DNA from: a virus
Length of the DNA: 64,000 bases
Direction: 5' to 3' (one strand)
Virus record (IMG/VR): IMGVR_UViG_3300017706_001340
Location: 1 to 64,000 of that record
This document shows, piece by piece, positions 19,877 to 28,997 of the stretch. Under the pieces are notes generated by a model. That model searched no databases, was not told the origin of the DNA, and was given only the letters and a program-made list of their open reading frames with translations. A program made the translations under genes and the position numbers. Positions within the stretch are counted from its first letter, which is position 1. Each line of letters starts with the position of its first letter.

Positions 19877-20131
19877 CTTTATTTCTACACTTTGTAAAGT
19901 ATTGTTTATATTGTCAGTGAACCAACATGCCGCGGCACTGGCCAGTGGCAGCAACAAGCTACCTGAACTAAAAACACATATCAACACCCCGGACCAGAAA
20001 CCTAAACAAAGACTACACTTGAATAACTCTTCAAACAAGTGTATACGTGTTAATATGTTTCTTGGTTTGTTTAAAATTGTACCGTATTTGAATATCCAGT
20101 GCAAACCCACACATGCGATTATCTCTATCAC
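19865..20131 (-). CDS. Small membrane protein (DUF1360-like, CxxCxGFW)
   Basis: 'LFKCSLCLGFWSG' flanked by hydrophobic segments. Confidence 0.6.
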   Translation of the reverse strand: MIEIIACVGLHWIFKYGTILNKPRNILTRIHLFEELFKCSLCLGFWSGVLICVFSSGSLLLPLASAAACWFTDNINNTLQSVEIKLDK

Positions 20132-20328
20132 TCTTGTTTCTTATCGATAATCTCGATCGCATCTGGAATCATCCGAGCTTGATCCTTGGTTAGTGTGATG
20201 ATGAATCCATCATCATCACGTATTTGTATTTTATCCTTTGACTTATTATAAACCTCCGGACACCGTTTACTGCCACAGCATAATACAACGCTGTTGCTCT
20301 TTGAGTTGTGCTTTAGATCACGTTTCAT
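20128..20328 (-). CDS. Hypothetical protein (CCxxxxCP)
   Basis: 66 aa, ATGA-coupled to the downstream gene. Confidence 0.6.
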   Translation of the reverse strand: MKRDLKHNSKSNSVVLCCGSKRCPEVYNKSKDKIQIRDDDGFIITLTKDQARMIPDAIEIIDKKQE

Positions 20329-20756
20329 AATTCCTCGACCTGTATTATTGTCAATTCTCCAGTTGAACCATCAAACCTAGGAGAGATGTTTGTGACAAAA
20401 TCATTCTCAACATTACCCTGCTGGTCAATCATTTTGACTTGAGCGGATTTTTTGTTTGTCACTATGTTGAACGTTTTGTCATTCTCACTTCCTGTCAAGA
20501 TCGCTCCTCCGTCACCATCGTCACTATCAACTGATTTCAAATTTATCAGATGCGAAAGATCCGCTCCACGACCAGGCTTTTGTAAGAACACTTTGACATT
20601 TTTCAATCCGTTGAATGATGTACCACCTATTGTATCAGGTAGTGCCTCTCTTGTGGCACTTGGCAGCTCACGTTCCACTATCAATCCAGGACTAACCTTC
20701 GAGTAACACTCGAAAAGATTATTAAAATCATTATCATATCTACCAAATCTCTTCAT
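20325..20756 (-). CDS. Hypothetical late protein
   Basis: In the late operon starting at 21830; leader 'DNDFNNLFECY...LIVE'. Confidence 0.6.
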   Translation of the reverse strand: MKRFGRYDNDFNNLFECYSKVSPGLIVERELPSATREALPDTIGGTSFNGLKNVKVFLQKPGRGADLSHLINLKSVDSDDGDGGAILTGSENDKTFNIVTNKKSAQVKMIDQQGNVENDFVTNISPRFDGSTGELTIIQVEEL

Positions 20757-20758
20757 AT

Positions 20759-21415
20759 CTATTCACCGACATACAATCTAACGCTTGTCATCCTTGCATG
20801 TTCAGATTTATTTAGTGCATCAACAAGATCATATGTATCTTTGACTGGACTCGGACTGGATCGCTTGATGATTAGATCATCTGGACCCTTGCCTGTTAGA
20901 TTCATCAATAAAACACTGTACAATTGCCATATTCTCATTGTTTGATCTATGGTTATATGACCGTATCCAGAATTACCGATGTCATTGCTCTGCATGAGTA
21001 TTGAATATACTTCATCTTTGTCAACTCCATCGGGTATATTCTTAGCGATTGTGTTTTTATCTTTTATTGAAATTGCTGCTCTGAATGCTGTTGCACTAGT
21101 CATTCTCGCAACGCCAGCAGTTCGCACTCCGAGTAAATTATCAGAATACTTATCTGATTTTAGTATGTTTGAATATCTCGCGGAATCTGGGACCTCTTTG
21201 GTGTTACCCTTGTTTTGTGTTGATAGTGGTCTTGACTTATCTGACACAAAAATGTACACCTTCTCATTGTTTTTACATGCATCATATGCAGTTGCGTAAT
21301 GACCTATATGAGGAGGCTTGAACGCTCCGGGGAATATACCTACATTATAAACATTTTGATCCTGCTCAGTGATCAATTGTTTGTATACTCTATCGAAGTT
21401 TTTCATGTTTGACAT
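20759..21415 (-). CDS. HIGH-motif cytidyltransferase-like nucleotidyltransferase
   Basis: 'GIFPGAFKPPHIGHY' and 'TSATAFRAAI'; leader MKNFDRVYKQLITE (alternative start 21406). Confidence 0.75.
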   Translation of the reverse strand: MSNMKNFDRVYKQLITEQDQNVYNVGIFPGAFKPPHIGHYATAYDACKNNEKVYIFVSDKSRPLSTQNKGNTKEVPDSARYSNILKSDKYSDNLLGVRTAGVARMTSATAFRAAISIKDKNTIAKNIPDGVDKDEVYSILMQSNDIGNSGYGHITIDQTMRIWQLYSVLLMNLTGKGPDDLIIKRSSPSPVKDTYDLVDALNKSEHARMTSVRLYVGE

Positions 21416-21830
21416 AATCTCTATACATATTTAGTACACCAACTGGATCACATCCACAGCCTTTGAGAAGGTTTTCTAATTGCGTAACATCTGTAGCGTT
21501 GATAATATCATTCATATTATCTGAAATTTTATCATGATAACCTCTAACCATCAGATAATCTACGACATGCTTCTTGAAACCTGATAAAGGATCTTGCTGT
21601 GCTTGTTGACATGGACTCTCTGCTTCGTATTGATCTGGTCCTAAGGACATTGTGTCACCATCCACACCTGGCACGATAGCGATCACATTTCCTAATCCAT
21701 CTTCCTCGAGTACGTACCCGACATAATCATTCATTTCATCCAAACCATTGGCTGGATCATGTTTGATCCGGATCCTTGTGAGATTTGTTTTGTTGAGATT
21801 AGACTCTAATATTGTGTTGAATCTAGACAT
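21390..21830 (-). CDS. Hypothetical late protein
   Basis: TAAATA (21837-21842) 6 nt upstream; leader MSRFNTILE; 'YVGYVLEE'. Confidence 0.7.
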   Translation of the reverse strand: MSRFNTILESNLNKTNLTRIRIKHDPANGLDEMNDYVGYVLEEDGLGNVIAIVPGVDGDTMSLGPDQYEAESPCQQAQQDPLSGFKKHVVDYLMVRGYHDKISDNMNDIINATDVTQLENLLKGCGCDPVGVLNMYRDYVKHEKLR

Positions 21831-21836
21831 ATAAAA

Positions 21837-21881
21837 TATTTATTAAACTAAGTTGAATTACATGTGATATGCATGTATAAT
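21837..21881. promoter_or_regulatory. Back-to-back late (minus) and sigma70 (plus) promoters
   Basis: TAAATA on minus at 21837-21842; TTGAAT-N17-TATAAT on plus at 21853-21881, 7 nt to the folE2 ATG. Confidence 0.8.
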
Positions 21882-21888
21882 ATGACGT

Positions 21889-22929
21889 ATGACTGATGAA
21901 TCAAATAATTATGAGTGGTTAGGTGATGATGAACTAACTGGTGAAAAGGATAGCATAGCTAGAAGTATCATGGGTGAAGAGTATAGCAAGGGATATGCAT
22001 CACCAATACGAGTATATGACACTAAAGTCAATGCAGATAAAGAATATATATCATCTTTACCGGATTTACAGAACGGTCCATCTAGTTTGATACAGGGCGC
22101 TCCAGTACCCATTCAGCAAGTAGGTATACATAATTTTAAATTACCATTGACATATAAAAAGAGGAGTGGTAAAACAATCGAGCTTGAAACAAGTGTGACA
22201 GGCAGTGTGAGTTTAGAGGCACATAAGAAGGGCATCAACATGTCTCGCATCATGAGAAGCTTTTACAATCATAAAGATGAAGTGTTCAACATTGATAAGA
22301 TAAAGGATGTACTAGAGTCATATAAGAAAAATTTAATGTGTTTTGACTCGCGAATCATGCTGAAAATATCATATCCGATACGTCAGAAGAGTTTACGGAG
22401 CGGTCTTGAAGGTTTTCAGTATTATGACGTTGTGTTCGAGGGTGACTTGACCAAGGATGGAGAGTTTAAGAAGTATATACACTTTGATTTTGTATATTCT
22501 TCAGCATGCCCATGTAGTTTTGAACTAAGTGAACATGCAGAGAAATATCGAAATCGTGCGACTGTGCCACACAGTCAGCGTAGTGTTGCTCGTGTTAGTG
22601 TCAAGTTTGATGACATGCTCTGGATTGAGGATGTACAGGAATTGTGTCTTGCGGCATTACAGACCGAGACACAAGTGATGGTCAAGCGGGAAGACGAGCA
22701 AGCATTTGCAGAGTTGAATGGCTCATCATTGAAGTTTGTTGAGGATGCAGTCCGATTACTGTATGAGAAGTTGAACAACGAACCTAGGATCAAGGATTTT
22801 AAGATTGTTGCATCACACAATGAAAGTTTGCATAGTCATAACGCGATTTCTGTGATCGTCAAGGGCATACAAGGTGGTTTCTCCGGTGGAGTTGCGAGAG
22901 ATGTGTTCGAGACAACAGGATTGAGATGA
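21889..22929 (+). CDS. folE2: GTP cyclohydrolase IB
   Basis: 'LPDLQ', 'IQQVGI', 'KGINMSR', 'SACPCS', 'HSQRS', 'KREDE', 'FVED', 'ESLHSHNA'. Confidence 0.95.
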   Translation: MTDESNNYEWLGDDELTGEKDSIARSIMGEEYSKGYASPIRVYDTKVNADKEYISSLPDLQNGPSSLIQGAPVPIQQVGIHNFKLPLTYKKRSGKTIELETSVTGSVSLEAHKKGINMSRIMRSFYNHKDEVFNIDKIKDVLESYKKNLMCFDSRIMLKISYPIRQKSLRSGLEGFQYYDVVFEGDLTKDGEFKKYIHFDFVYSSACPCSFELSEHAEKYRNRATVPHSQRSVARVSVKFDDMLWIEDVQELCLAALQTETQVMVKREDEQAFAELNGSSLKFVEDAVRLLYEKLNNEPRIKDFKIVASHNESLHSHNAISVIVKGIQGGFSGGVARDVFETTGLR

Positions 22930-23060
22930 TTAGCTACGTAGAGTGTTTGTTCGGTGAGTGTACGCATGCGATACATACATTTAACGGTGTTAGCTTGACG
23001 GTAGTATTACTCTCCGCAGCAACTGTTATCTATATAGCGGCAAGAAGTCGTATGAACTAG
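22926..23060 (+). CDS. Small membrane peptide, 44 aa (not in ORF track)
   Basis: ATGA overlap with the folE2 stop. MISYVECLFGECTHAIHTFNGVSLTVVLLSAATVIYIAARSRMN has one hydrophobic helix and fills the gap exactly. Confidence 0.5.
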   Translation: MISYVECLFGECTHAIHTFNGVSLTVVLLSAATVIYIAARSRMN

Positions 23061-23521
23061 TCGGAGTCACCTCGAACCGCAGCTTTAACAGCTTCAGCAG
23101 CCTCGAGTTTCTTTTTTAGCATGTCAACATATACATGTAATTGACCTTGTTGAGCATATTGCTCTATTTTATCGACTGGTGGGTTTAGGATCAAGCTCTT
23201 GAGAGAATCAATTTCAGCATCAACCTCATCTGGCTCACGCTCCATGTCTGAGATTGTATCATCTATAGTATCAACCGGATCACTTATAGTGTCATCACCA
23301 ATTGAACCAATTGAATCTCCTTCTGCTGGTTTGTCATCACTCAGATCAGCAACAATATCATCTGATTCTGAGTTGATCTCTTTTTTCTTACAAACCTTAT
23401 CTTCAGAGCAGTAGTACTCATCATCCTTACAACTATTCTCTGGGGAATGTGTTGTTTCGGTCATTGAGGTGTAAGCCTCTGAAAGTAAATCCCGGTCTTT
23501 TCTCCACTCTTTATTCTGCAT
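23057..23521 (-). CDS. Acidic hypothetical late protein
   Basis: Start MQNKEW at 23521 with TAAATA 5 nt upstream; leader '..DRDLLSEAY'. Confidence 0.7.
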   Translation of the reverse strand: MQNKEWRKDRDLLSEAYTSMTETTHSPENSCKDDEYYCSEDKVCKKKEINSESDDIVADLSDDKPAEGDSIGSIGDDTISDPVDTIDDTISDMEREPDEVDAEIDSLKSLILNPPVDKIEQYAQQGQLHVYVDMLKKKLEAAEAVKAAVRGDSD

Positions 23522-23538
23522 AACAATATTTATGCATC

Positions 23539-23715
23539 TCAATCGTTATTCTTACTGTCTTGTATTTCTTTTCTTCGTTCCTTACAAGCTTTAGTGATCT
23601 CCATGAGTGCTTTTCTTGCGCGGGTACCAGCTGCTTTGTTACCTTTTTCGTTGAACTTGTCGTTCTCGCTGACATATTGCTCGAACAGAGCGATAATTGT
23701 ATCATGTGTGTTCAT
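23539..23715 (-). CDS. Histone H1-like Hc1-family DNA-binding protein, 58 aa (not in ORF track)
   Basis: MNTHDTIIALFEQYVSENDKFNEKGNKAAGTRARKALMEITKACKERRKEIQDSKNND contains the KGNKAAGTRARK signature; TATAAATA (23722-23729) lies 6 nt upstream. Confidence 0.85.
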   Translation of the reverse strand: MNTHDTIIALFEQYVSENDKFNEKGNKAAGTRARKALMEITKACKERRKEIQDSKNND

Positions 23716-23770
23716 ATAGTGTATTTATAGTAATAATTGGAAAATACAATACAAACACATAAATATAAAC

Positions 23771-24046
23771 ATGTCAAATACATCAAAAGATGAGAATCTC
23801 ATGCTAGAGCAGGCTTATATGAGAGTATATGAAGCTAGAATGTCTCAAATTGAGTCTGATGAGAGTGTGGAGGAATCTACTGACGAGGAGCCTGAGAATG
23901 ACAAGATGGCAGCAGCAGTAGCAGTACAGCAAACAGCTGATCAGGTTGAGGATGAAGGTGGAGAGATGACTCAGCAACTACAGAAGGCCAAGCAAGAGTC
24001 TGAAAAGTATGTAAGTAAGAAGATAAGTCAGTTCAAGAAGGACTAA
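23771..24046 (+). CDS. Acidic hypothetical late protein
   Basis: TAAATA 5 nt upstream; leader 'DENLMLEQAYMRVYE'. Confidence 0.7.
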   Translation: MSNTSKDENLMLEQAYMRVYEARMSQIESDESVEESTDEEPENDKMAAAVAVQQTADQVEDEGGEMTQQLQKAKQESEKYVSKKISQFKKD

Positions 24047-25371
24047 CGACTAAACTTCAGACTTCCTAGTATTTGATTCACTGGTGCAAATATCCCGGTG
24101 AACTTATAGATCTTAGGTTTAGATTCACCGTCAGGTGTGTATGTAAACGTCAAACCTTCACTTGGAACGATAGTGTCTAAACCACCTAACTTATTTATCA
24201 TCTTCAATTCATGTTGTAGTTTGTTCATCAACGTTAAATCACCAGTGGCTTCAATCTCTCTTGTGACTTCTTCAATGCCTTGTCTTATCTCTTGTACAGC
24301 CTGTGAGGGATTCAATGTGAGAAGATTTGATATGTTGTTGTTCAACTCAACACCAAGCTTGAGAAACAACGCTTTGAGCGGTTCGATCATGTTATTGTAG
24401 TGTGTTTTGAGTTCCCCACTACGTTCTGTTGCACTTATCCATTGTAAAAATTCTTTGTTATCAACAATGCCTTTAAGTTCCGGCAACCGGCTAAGTGCTA
24501 CGGAATTGTAATCGCTAGGCCTTTTACCGGGTGTCAACATCTTGAATGCCCACCTATATGCGATACGTCTCAACGTGTCTTGTTGAACATTGTAACCAAA
24601 TTCACGCGCTCCATTCTGTATAACATTACTCATGTAACTAATCCAGTAGTCTCCTACGTTGTTGCTAGGATTTAGTTTATGCTCACCCATCAAACCACTC
24701 AGTATACCCATATACTCACCTATAGTTGTCTCAAAATTCTTAACTTCCGGTAACTTCATCAGCGGCATGCTCGTGATTGTGAACTTATCTTGTACGTGTT
24801 GGTTGATTTGCTCGATCATACCCGCCATCATGCGACCATATTCATTGAAATCACCATCTAAAGTGTTGCCATCCTCGTCATATTCTCGGAAGTTGTGTAA
24901 AACGATCAATTCATGGTTATAAGGTATGACATTCACTGTGGCTGGCCAGATTATCTCAATGTTGATCCACCTCTTACCGTCCGCGAACAACAATTGCTTC
25001 TGTCGGTCGCTCAAAGCCATGATAGCCTTCTCTAGATCCTTGGCTGCAAACGTGAACGCTTCTTTCACGTTGTCATTTGGATGTTCTCTGAAGAATTCTG
25101 CAATACCTTTGGCTCCTTTTATAGCATTCTTACCAAAACCACGATAATGTCCTTTGTTACGAGCGAATATCACGCGATTGGCACGATGACTCACTGCTAA
25201 TGCTTGTCCATCGGTCTTTTCTTTGATCTCTCCTTTGATTCCACCGGTCAACGCTTGTTTGATGATGCGTTGCAGGTCTTCGAACTGTAAAGTGTAGTCT
25301 TCATGCACGTTCATCATATGGCCATATGCTCCACCTTCTTCTATCACTCTGTTGTATGTTTTAAAGTTCAT
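24043..25371 (-). CDS. ATP-dependent ligase-like nucleotidyltransferase (DUF6267-like)
   Basis: Motif I 'EKTDG', 'FARNKG', 'NIEII', motif IV 'EGLTF', motif V 'YKFTG'; leader MNFKTYNRVIEE. Confidence 0.6.
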   Translation of the reverse strand: MNFKTYNRVIEEGGAYGHMMNVHEDYTLQFEDLQRIIKQALTGGIKGEIKEKTDGQALAVSHRANRVIFARNKGHYRGFGKNAIKGAKGIAEFFREHPNDNVKEAFTFAAKDLEKAIMALSDRQKQLLFADGKRWINIEIIWPATVNVIPYNHELIVLHNFREYDEDGNTLDGDFNEYGRMMAGMIEQINQHVQDKFTITSMPLMKLPEVKNFETTIGEYMGILSGLMGEHKLNPSNNVGDYWISYMSNVIQNGAREFGYNVQQDTLRRIAYRWAFKMLTPGKRPSDYNSVALSRLPELKGIVDNKEFLQWISATERSGELKTHYNNMIEPLKALFLKLGVELNNNISNLLTLNPSQAVQEIRQGIEEVTREIEATGDLTLMNKLQHELKMINKLGGLDTIVPSEGLTFTYTPDGESKPKIYKFTGIFAPVNQILGSLKFSR

Positions 25372-25372
25372 A

Positions 25373-26896
25373 TTAATTGTTCAATTTAATTGTAAATCCA
25401 CCGCGACCAGGCTCTCCTGCTTTTGCACCAGTGCTAGCACCAATACTGGCATTAGACATCATGAGAACATTAAACGATTTGATTATATTATCACCATATT
25501 CACCGGTCATCATTATTGGATATGTATTAGTATAATTCTCACCGGGTACCTCACACATAGCCGCATAATACGCAAAACCCTCCCCGACAGCATAATCAGT
25601 GATCTGTATCGCACTTAATATACGTAGACCTATCTCTGTGATATGTGTTTGTTGTAATAAGTTATCATGAATAGCTGAACTCAGTATCTTCGATATTGCA
25701 CCCTTCGCGTGTTTTGGTTTACTTGCCATCTTAGAGAGATCAGTAGCGAACGCATCTTGCATCTTTATATCTGTTTTAAATTTTCCGAACCCATATTTTG
25801 ATAGATATGATGAGACGAAGCCAGCACCACCGGTCGGCTTTGATGTACGTGCTCTTAGTGTCTGTTTTATATGATTAAATTTTGTTATGATATCTTCTAG
25901 ATAACCAGCTTTATTATCTACTGTTATTGCATCTATAATCTTCTTGTTATACACTGCCTTGCCACTCAGTTGTTTAGTTATTTTGTTAGCCATCTCTAGA
26001 ATCTCATTATAGTCACAGCAATCAGATCGCTGTAATCGTTGATATATATCCTTCAGTGCTTTATGTACATCCGGTCTGCTTATATAATATGGGTATATGA
26101 CTGAAATATCTCGCATCACCGGTTCTTTTATCTCAAATATCTCATTCTGTCTTCTATTTTCATCAAAATCATCAAAGCGCTTCATGGCGTATTGTTCGAA
26201 CTTACTTGCTCTACCAACCACATCTCCCTTCCCGGGTCTGCCGGCAGCTCCCTTAAGCTCGATCTCTTCACCAGAAGGTAACATCAAGTCACCCTTCTTC
26301 GGGTTAACAGCTTCAGTAAATAAAGTTATTAACACTTCTCCATTACCTACACCGACATTACCTTCAGTGAAATCACTCAACGTGACTAGTGATTTTATAA
26401 ACTCTGCATTACCAATCATCGGCATTGTACTTCCAAACTGATTTACAAATTCATTTATAATATTGAATCTATCTCTCTTCACAAGTGATGTTAAAACCCT
26501 GAGATTCTTGCTCTCTTTTAACTCAATAAGCTCATTAACCTCACTGGTTATTCTATCCACGATACTTATATCGTTGAGATCATACATCGTATCTAACCTC
26601 TCAACTATTCCTGTAGGTATAGCCTTCCTTGCAGTAGCACTATCCCATCCACCAGACGCACACCACCTACCAAACAACTCCGGTAATCTCAACTTAGCTT
26701 CATGCGCACCTAATGATAATGCTAAGTCATCTGACATTTTAAATTTTTGATCTTTTAATTTAGAATCATCAAACTTTATTCCAATTGTAGCCTCGTTTAT
26801 CACCTTATTATATAGGTCCTGTTCACGCTCTGGGTGAGTGTAATGATCTCCTCTTCTAATACCTTTGTAGATATCACCTATCTCCCTGTTACTCAT
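25373..26896 (-). CDS. PD-(D/E)XK nuclease-fold protein
   Basis: 'GVGNGEV.......KKGDL.....EEIELKG..GR' restriction-like E..D..ExK active site. Confidence 0.55.
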   Translation of the reverse strand: MSNREIGDIYKGIRRGDHYTHPEREQDLYNKVINEATIGIKFDDSKLKDQKFKMSDDLALSLGAHEAKLRLPELFGRWCASGGWDSATARKAIPTGIVERLDTMYDLNDISIVDRITSEVNELIELKESKNLRVLTSLVKRDRFNIINEFVNQFGSTMPMIGNAEFIKSLVTLSDFTEGNVGVGNGEVLITLFTEAVNPKKGDLMLPSGEEIELKGAAGRPGKGDVVGRASKFEQYAMKRFDDFDENRRQNEIFEIKEPVMRDISVIYPYYISRPDVHKALKDIYQRLQRSDCCDYNEILEMANKITKQLSGKAVYNKKIIDAITVDNKAGYLEDIITKFNHIKQTLRARTSKPTGGAGFVSSYLSKYGFGKFKTDIKMQDAFATDLSKMASKPKHAKGAISKILSSAIHDNLLQQTHITEIGLRILSAIQITDYAVGEGFAYYAAMCEVPGENYTNTYPIMMTGEYGDNIIKSFNVLMMSNASIGASTGAKAGEPGRGGFTIKLNN

Positions 26897-27243
26897 TACA
26901 AATCAGTATGTGGGTAGTTGTTGCGCACGATGCGACTCACAAGTTCTTGCATCTCTTCTAAATTTTCTGTATCAACTAACTTGGTCAATCTAGCATAGTC
27001 AACATCATCGATGTGTTTGGGAGCCATGATCAAAGCTTTTCTGATCATCTCCACATAATCCACCTTGAGTTTAGCTGTATCATCATCACCAGTATCGTCA
27101 CTCGGTATGGCACTCTCTGGTGTCTCAGTATCTGGTGGTGGAGCAATTCCTTCCGCATCCGGTTCTGCAGGAGGTGGTGGTACTGCTTCTTCTTCGCTCA
27201 GTACACTCAATTTTTCTTCGATCATTGATAAAAATTTGTCCAT
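26896..27243 (-). CDS. Pro/acidic hypothetical late protein
   Basis: TAAATA 5 nt upstream; leader MDKFLSMIEEKLSVLSE. Confidence 0.7.
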   Translation of the reverse strand: MDKFLSMIEEKLSVLSEEEAVPPPPAEPDAEGIAPPPDTETPESAIPSDDTGDDDTAKLKVDYVEMIRKALIMAPKHIDDVDYARLTKLVDTENLEEMQELVSRIVRNNYPHTDL

Positions 27244-27251
27244 AATAGTAT

Positions 27252-27884
27252 TTATTGTGTGTTGTGTCTTTTAGCCCGAGACTTTTCTATGTCACCATAT
27301 TTATTCATGTCATTACCATACAATTGCTTGTCTGTATCATCCATTCGACTCCATTGTGAAGCCACCCATTGATCCCACTTGGCTTGATCACCAGTACCAG
27401 GTCTTCCTTGTTGTTGATTGACTGTCGTTTGTATTCCCATCTGACCTTTCTGGAAGCCTGGTTTGCTAGCTATCTGTTGTTCAGCGTGGTATCGTTGATA
27501 ACCTTTGAGACCTTTCCAGTGTCTATATTTTGGGTCACTGTTTGCTTGTTGTTCCAACTCTTGATTCACATCTGACCACTGTGCTTGTTGAGCTGATGTC
27601 ATCCGTTCCCATGAGCTCTTGATTCTCTTCTCAAGATCAATATCACCCTGATTTTTACCAACATCACCTAGATCTTGAACAACACCACCCACAGCACCAA
27701 TCATGTCTCCACTCTTGGCTTTGTCCTTAAACGCCTTGCCAGCAGCAGCGAATTGATTCATACCACGCCCGATATTACCCATTATACCCTCTAGTATTTG
27801 ATTGGTAGTGACTCGAGGAGCAGTTTCTTCTGGGAAATATTTTCCTTTCATCTCATGTAGTTTATTGATGAACTTGTCAGTCAT
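27252..27884 (-). CDS. Gln/Gly-rich hypothetical late protein
   Basis: TATAAATA (27890-27897) 5 nt upstream; leader MTDKFINKLHE. Confidence 0.7.
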   Translation of the reverse strand: MTDKFINKLHEMKGKYFPEETAPRVTTNQILEGIMGNIGRGMNQFAAAGKAFKDKAKSGDMIGAVGGVVQDLGDVGKNQGDIDLEKRIKSSWERMTSAQQAQWSDVNQELEQQANSDPKYRHWKGLKGYQRYHAEQQIASKPGFQKGQMGIQTTVNQQQGRPGTGDQAKWDQWVASQWSRMDDTDKQLYGNDMNKYGDIEKSRAKRHNTQ

Positions 27885-27888
27885 ACTG

Positions 27889-28476
27889 TTATTTATATAC
27901 CATACCCTTAATCTTCACACTATTAGTATAATGTTGATCAAGATATTTTAGTTTGTATTTTGACGTGAATTTTTTAAATTTCTCCATGTTACATGGATGT
28001 ATTCTTGTTTGTTTGATATCACATATCATCTCCGTATACTTGCCCTTGTTGTTATTATAATATTGTATGAATGTGTTGAATTTGACCGGAGCTACGAAAA
28101 CACGTAGAGGTAGTATATTTTTTATTTGCTTCAGATAACGACTCATGAATTGTATGAACTCTGGTCTTGTGTCTCTCGTGGTACCCTTCCTTGTGCGTTG
28201 ATTCTCACACTTCTTGAAGTCACACTTGATGTCCTTGTCGCTAAAATATGTCACAATCCTGTTGTCTGTGTTGATGGTAGACACTGTATCACATAATGTT
28301 TTAGTGATGTGATAGTAATATATCACCTTTGTGTCTTGAGACCTTATATTATAATCATTAAACTTGTCATATGTATACAAATCTTGTACGATTTGCTTGT
28401 ATGCATCATGAAACACATACTCAAAGTTTAGTAGATATAAATTATGATTGTTGAGCTCAACATGCCTTAGTTGCAT
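27889..28476 (-). CDS. Hypothetical protein
   Basis: 195-aa basic ORF in the minus-strand run. Confidence 0.65.
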   Translation of the reverse strand: MQLRHVELNNHNLYLLNFEYVFHDAYKQIVQDLYTYDKFNDYNIRSQDTKVIYYYHITKTLCDTVSTINTDNRIVTYFSDKDIKCDFKKCENQRTRKGTTRDTRPEFIQFMSRYLKQIKNILPLRVFVAPVKFNTFIQYYNNNKGKYTEMICDIKQTRIHPCNMEKFKKFTSKYKLKYLDQHYTNSVKIKGMVYK

Positions 28477-28492
28477 GACTAATTATCAACAA

Positions 28493-28990
28493 TTAACTAC
28501 AAATGCGCAACAATACATCCTTATACTTCTCAAAGAACCCATCAAGTGATGTGATGACATTTATCTCCTTGTACACAAGGTAGTTAGCTCCATCCAATCT
28601 ATTACAACTCTCAAACACACTTGTATTGAACGCCACGAATTTACCCTGGTTGTTGATTTTAAATATTAAAAACCAGACTTTTTCATCAGAGTAGGATTGC
28701 TCCAACCAACTGTCGAGCATCTTATTCTCAGTATAAAATTTACTGAAAGATATATCTTTATGTGCCTTGCATTCAATCTTCATCTCGTGCATCTCATCCG
28801 GTGGAATCAAGTCCCCTTCTAATAATAGTTTTTGTGAGTTTGACAACCGCGCTAACACATCAGCATTCATCCCACCGGTCATAGCACCACTGGTTGGCAC
28901 GCGAGTAAAATTTAATCCGAACACATCTGATAAGTGCTTTGCGGTGTCTCTTTCAAATGCATTTCCTTTGGCTTTTTGAGGTGATGGCAT
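28493..28990 (-). CDS. Holliday junction resolvase (Hjc-like PD-(D/E)XK)
   Basis: 'KAKGNAFER..AK.L', 'SGA', 'GDLI', 'IECK'; TAAATA 4 nt upstream. Confidence 0.75.
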   Translation of the reverse strand: MPSPQKAKGNAFERDTAKHLSDVFGLNFTRVPTSGAMTGGMNADVLARLSNSQKLLLEGDLIPPDEMHEMKIECKAHKDISFSKFYTENKMLDSWLEQSYSDEKVWFLIFKINNQGKFVAFNTSVFESCNRLDGANYLVYKEINVITSLDGFFEKYKDVLLRICS

Positions 28991-28997
28991 ACTGTAT

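Noticed and set aside
23511-23705. 64-aa ORF in the track (MIQLSLCSS...)
   Set aside because: Wrong frame; the overlapping 23539-23715 frame gives a recognisable Hc1-like protein with its own promoter.
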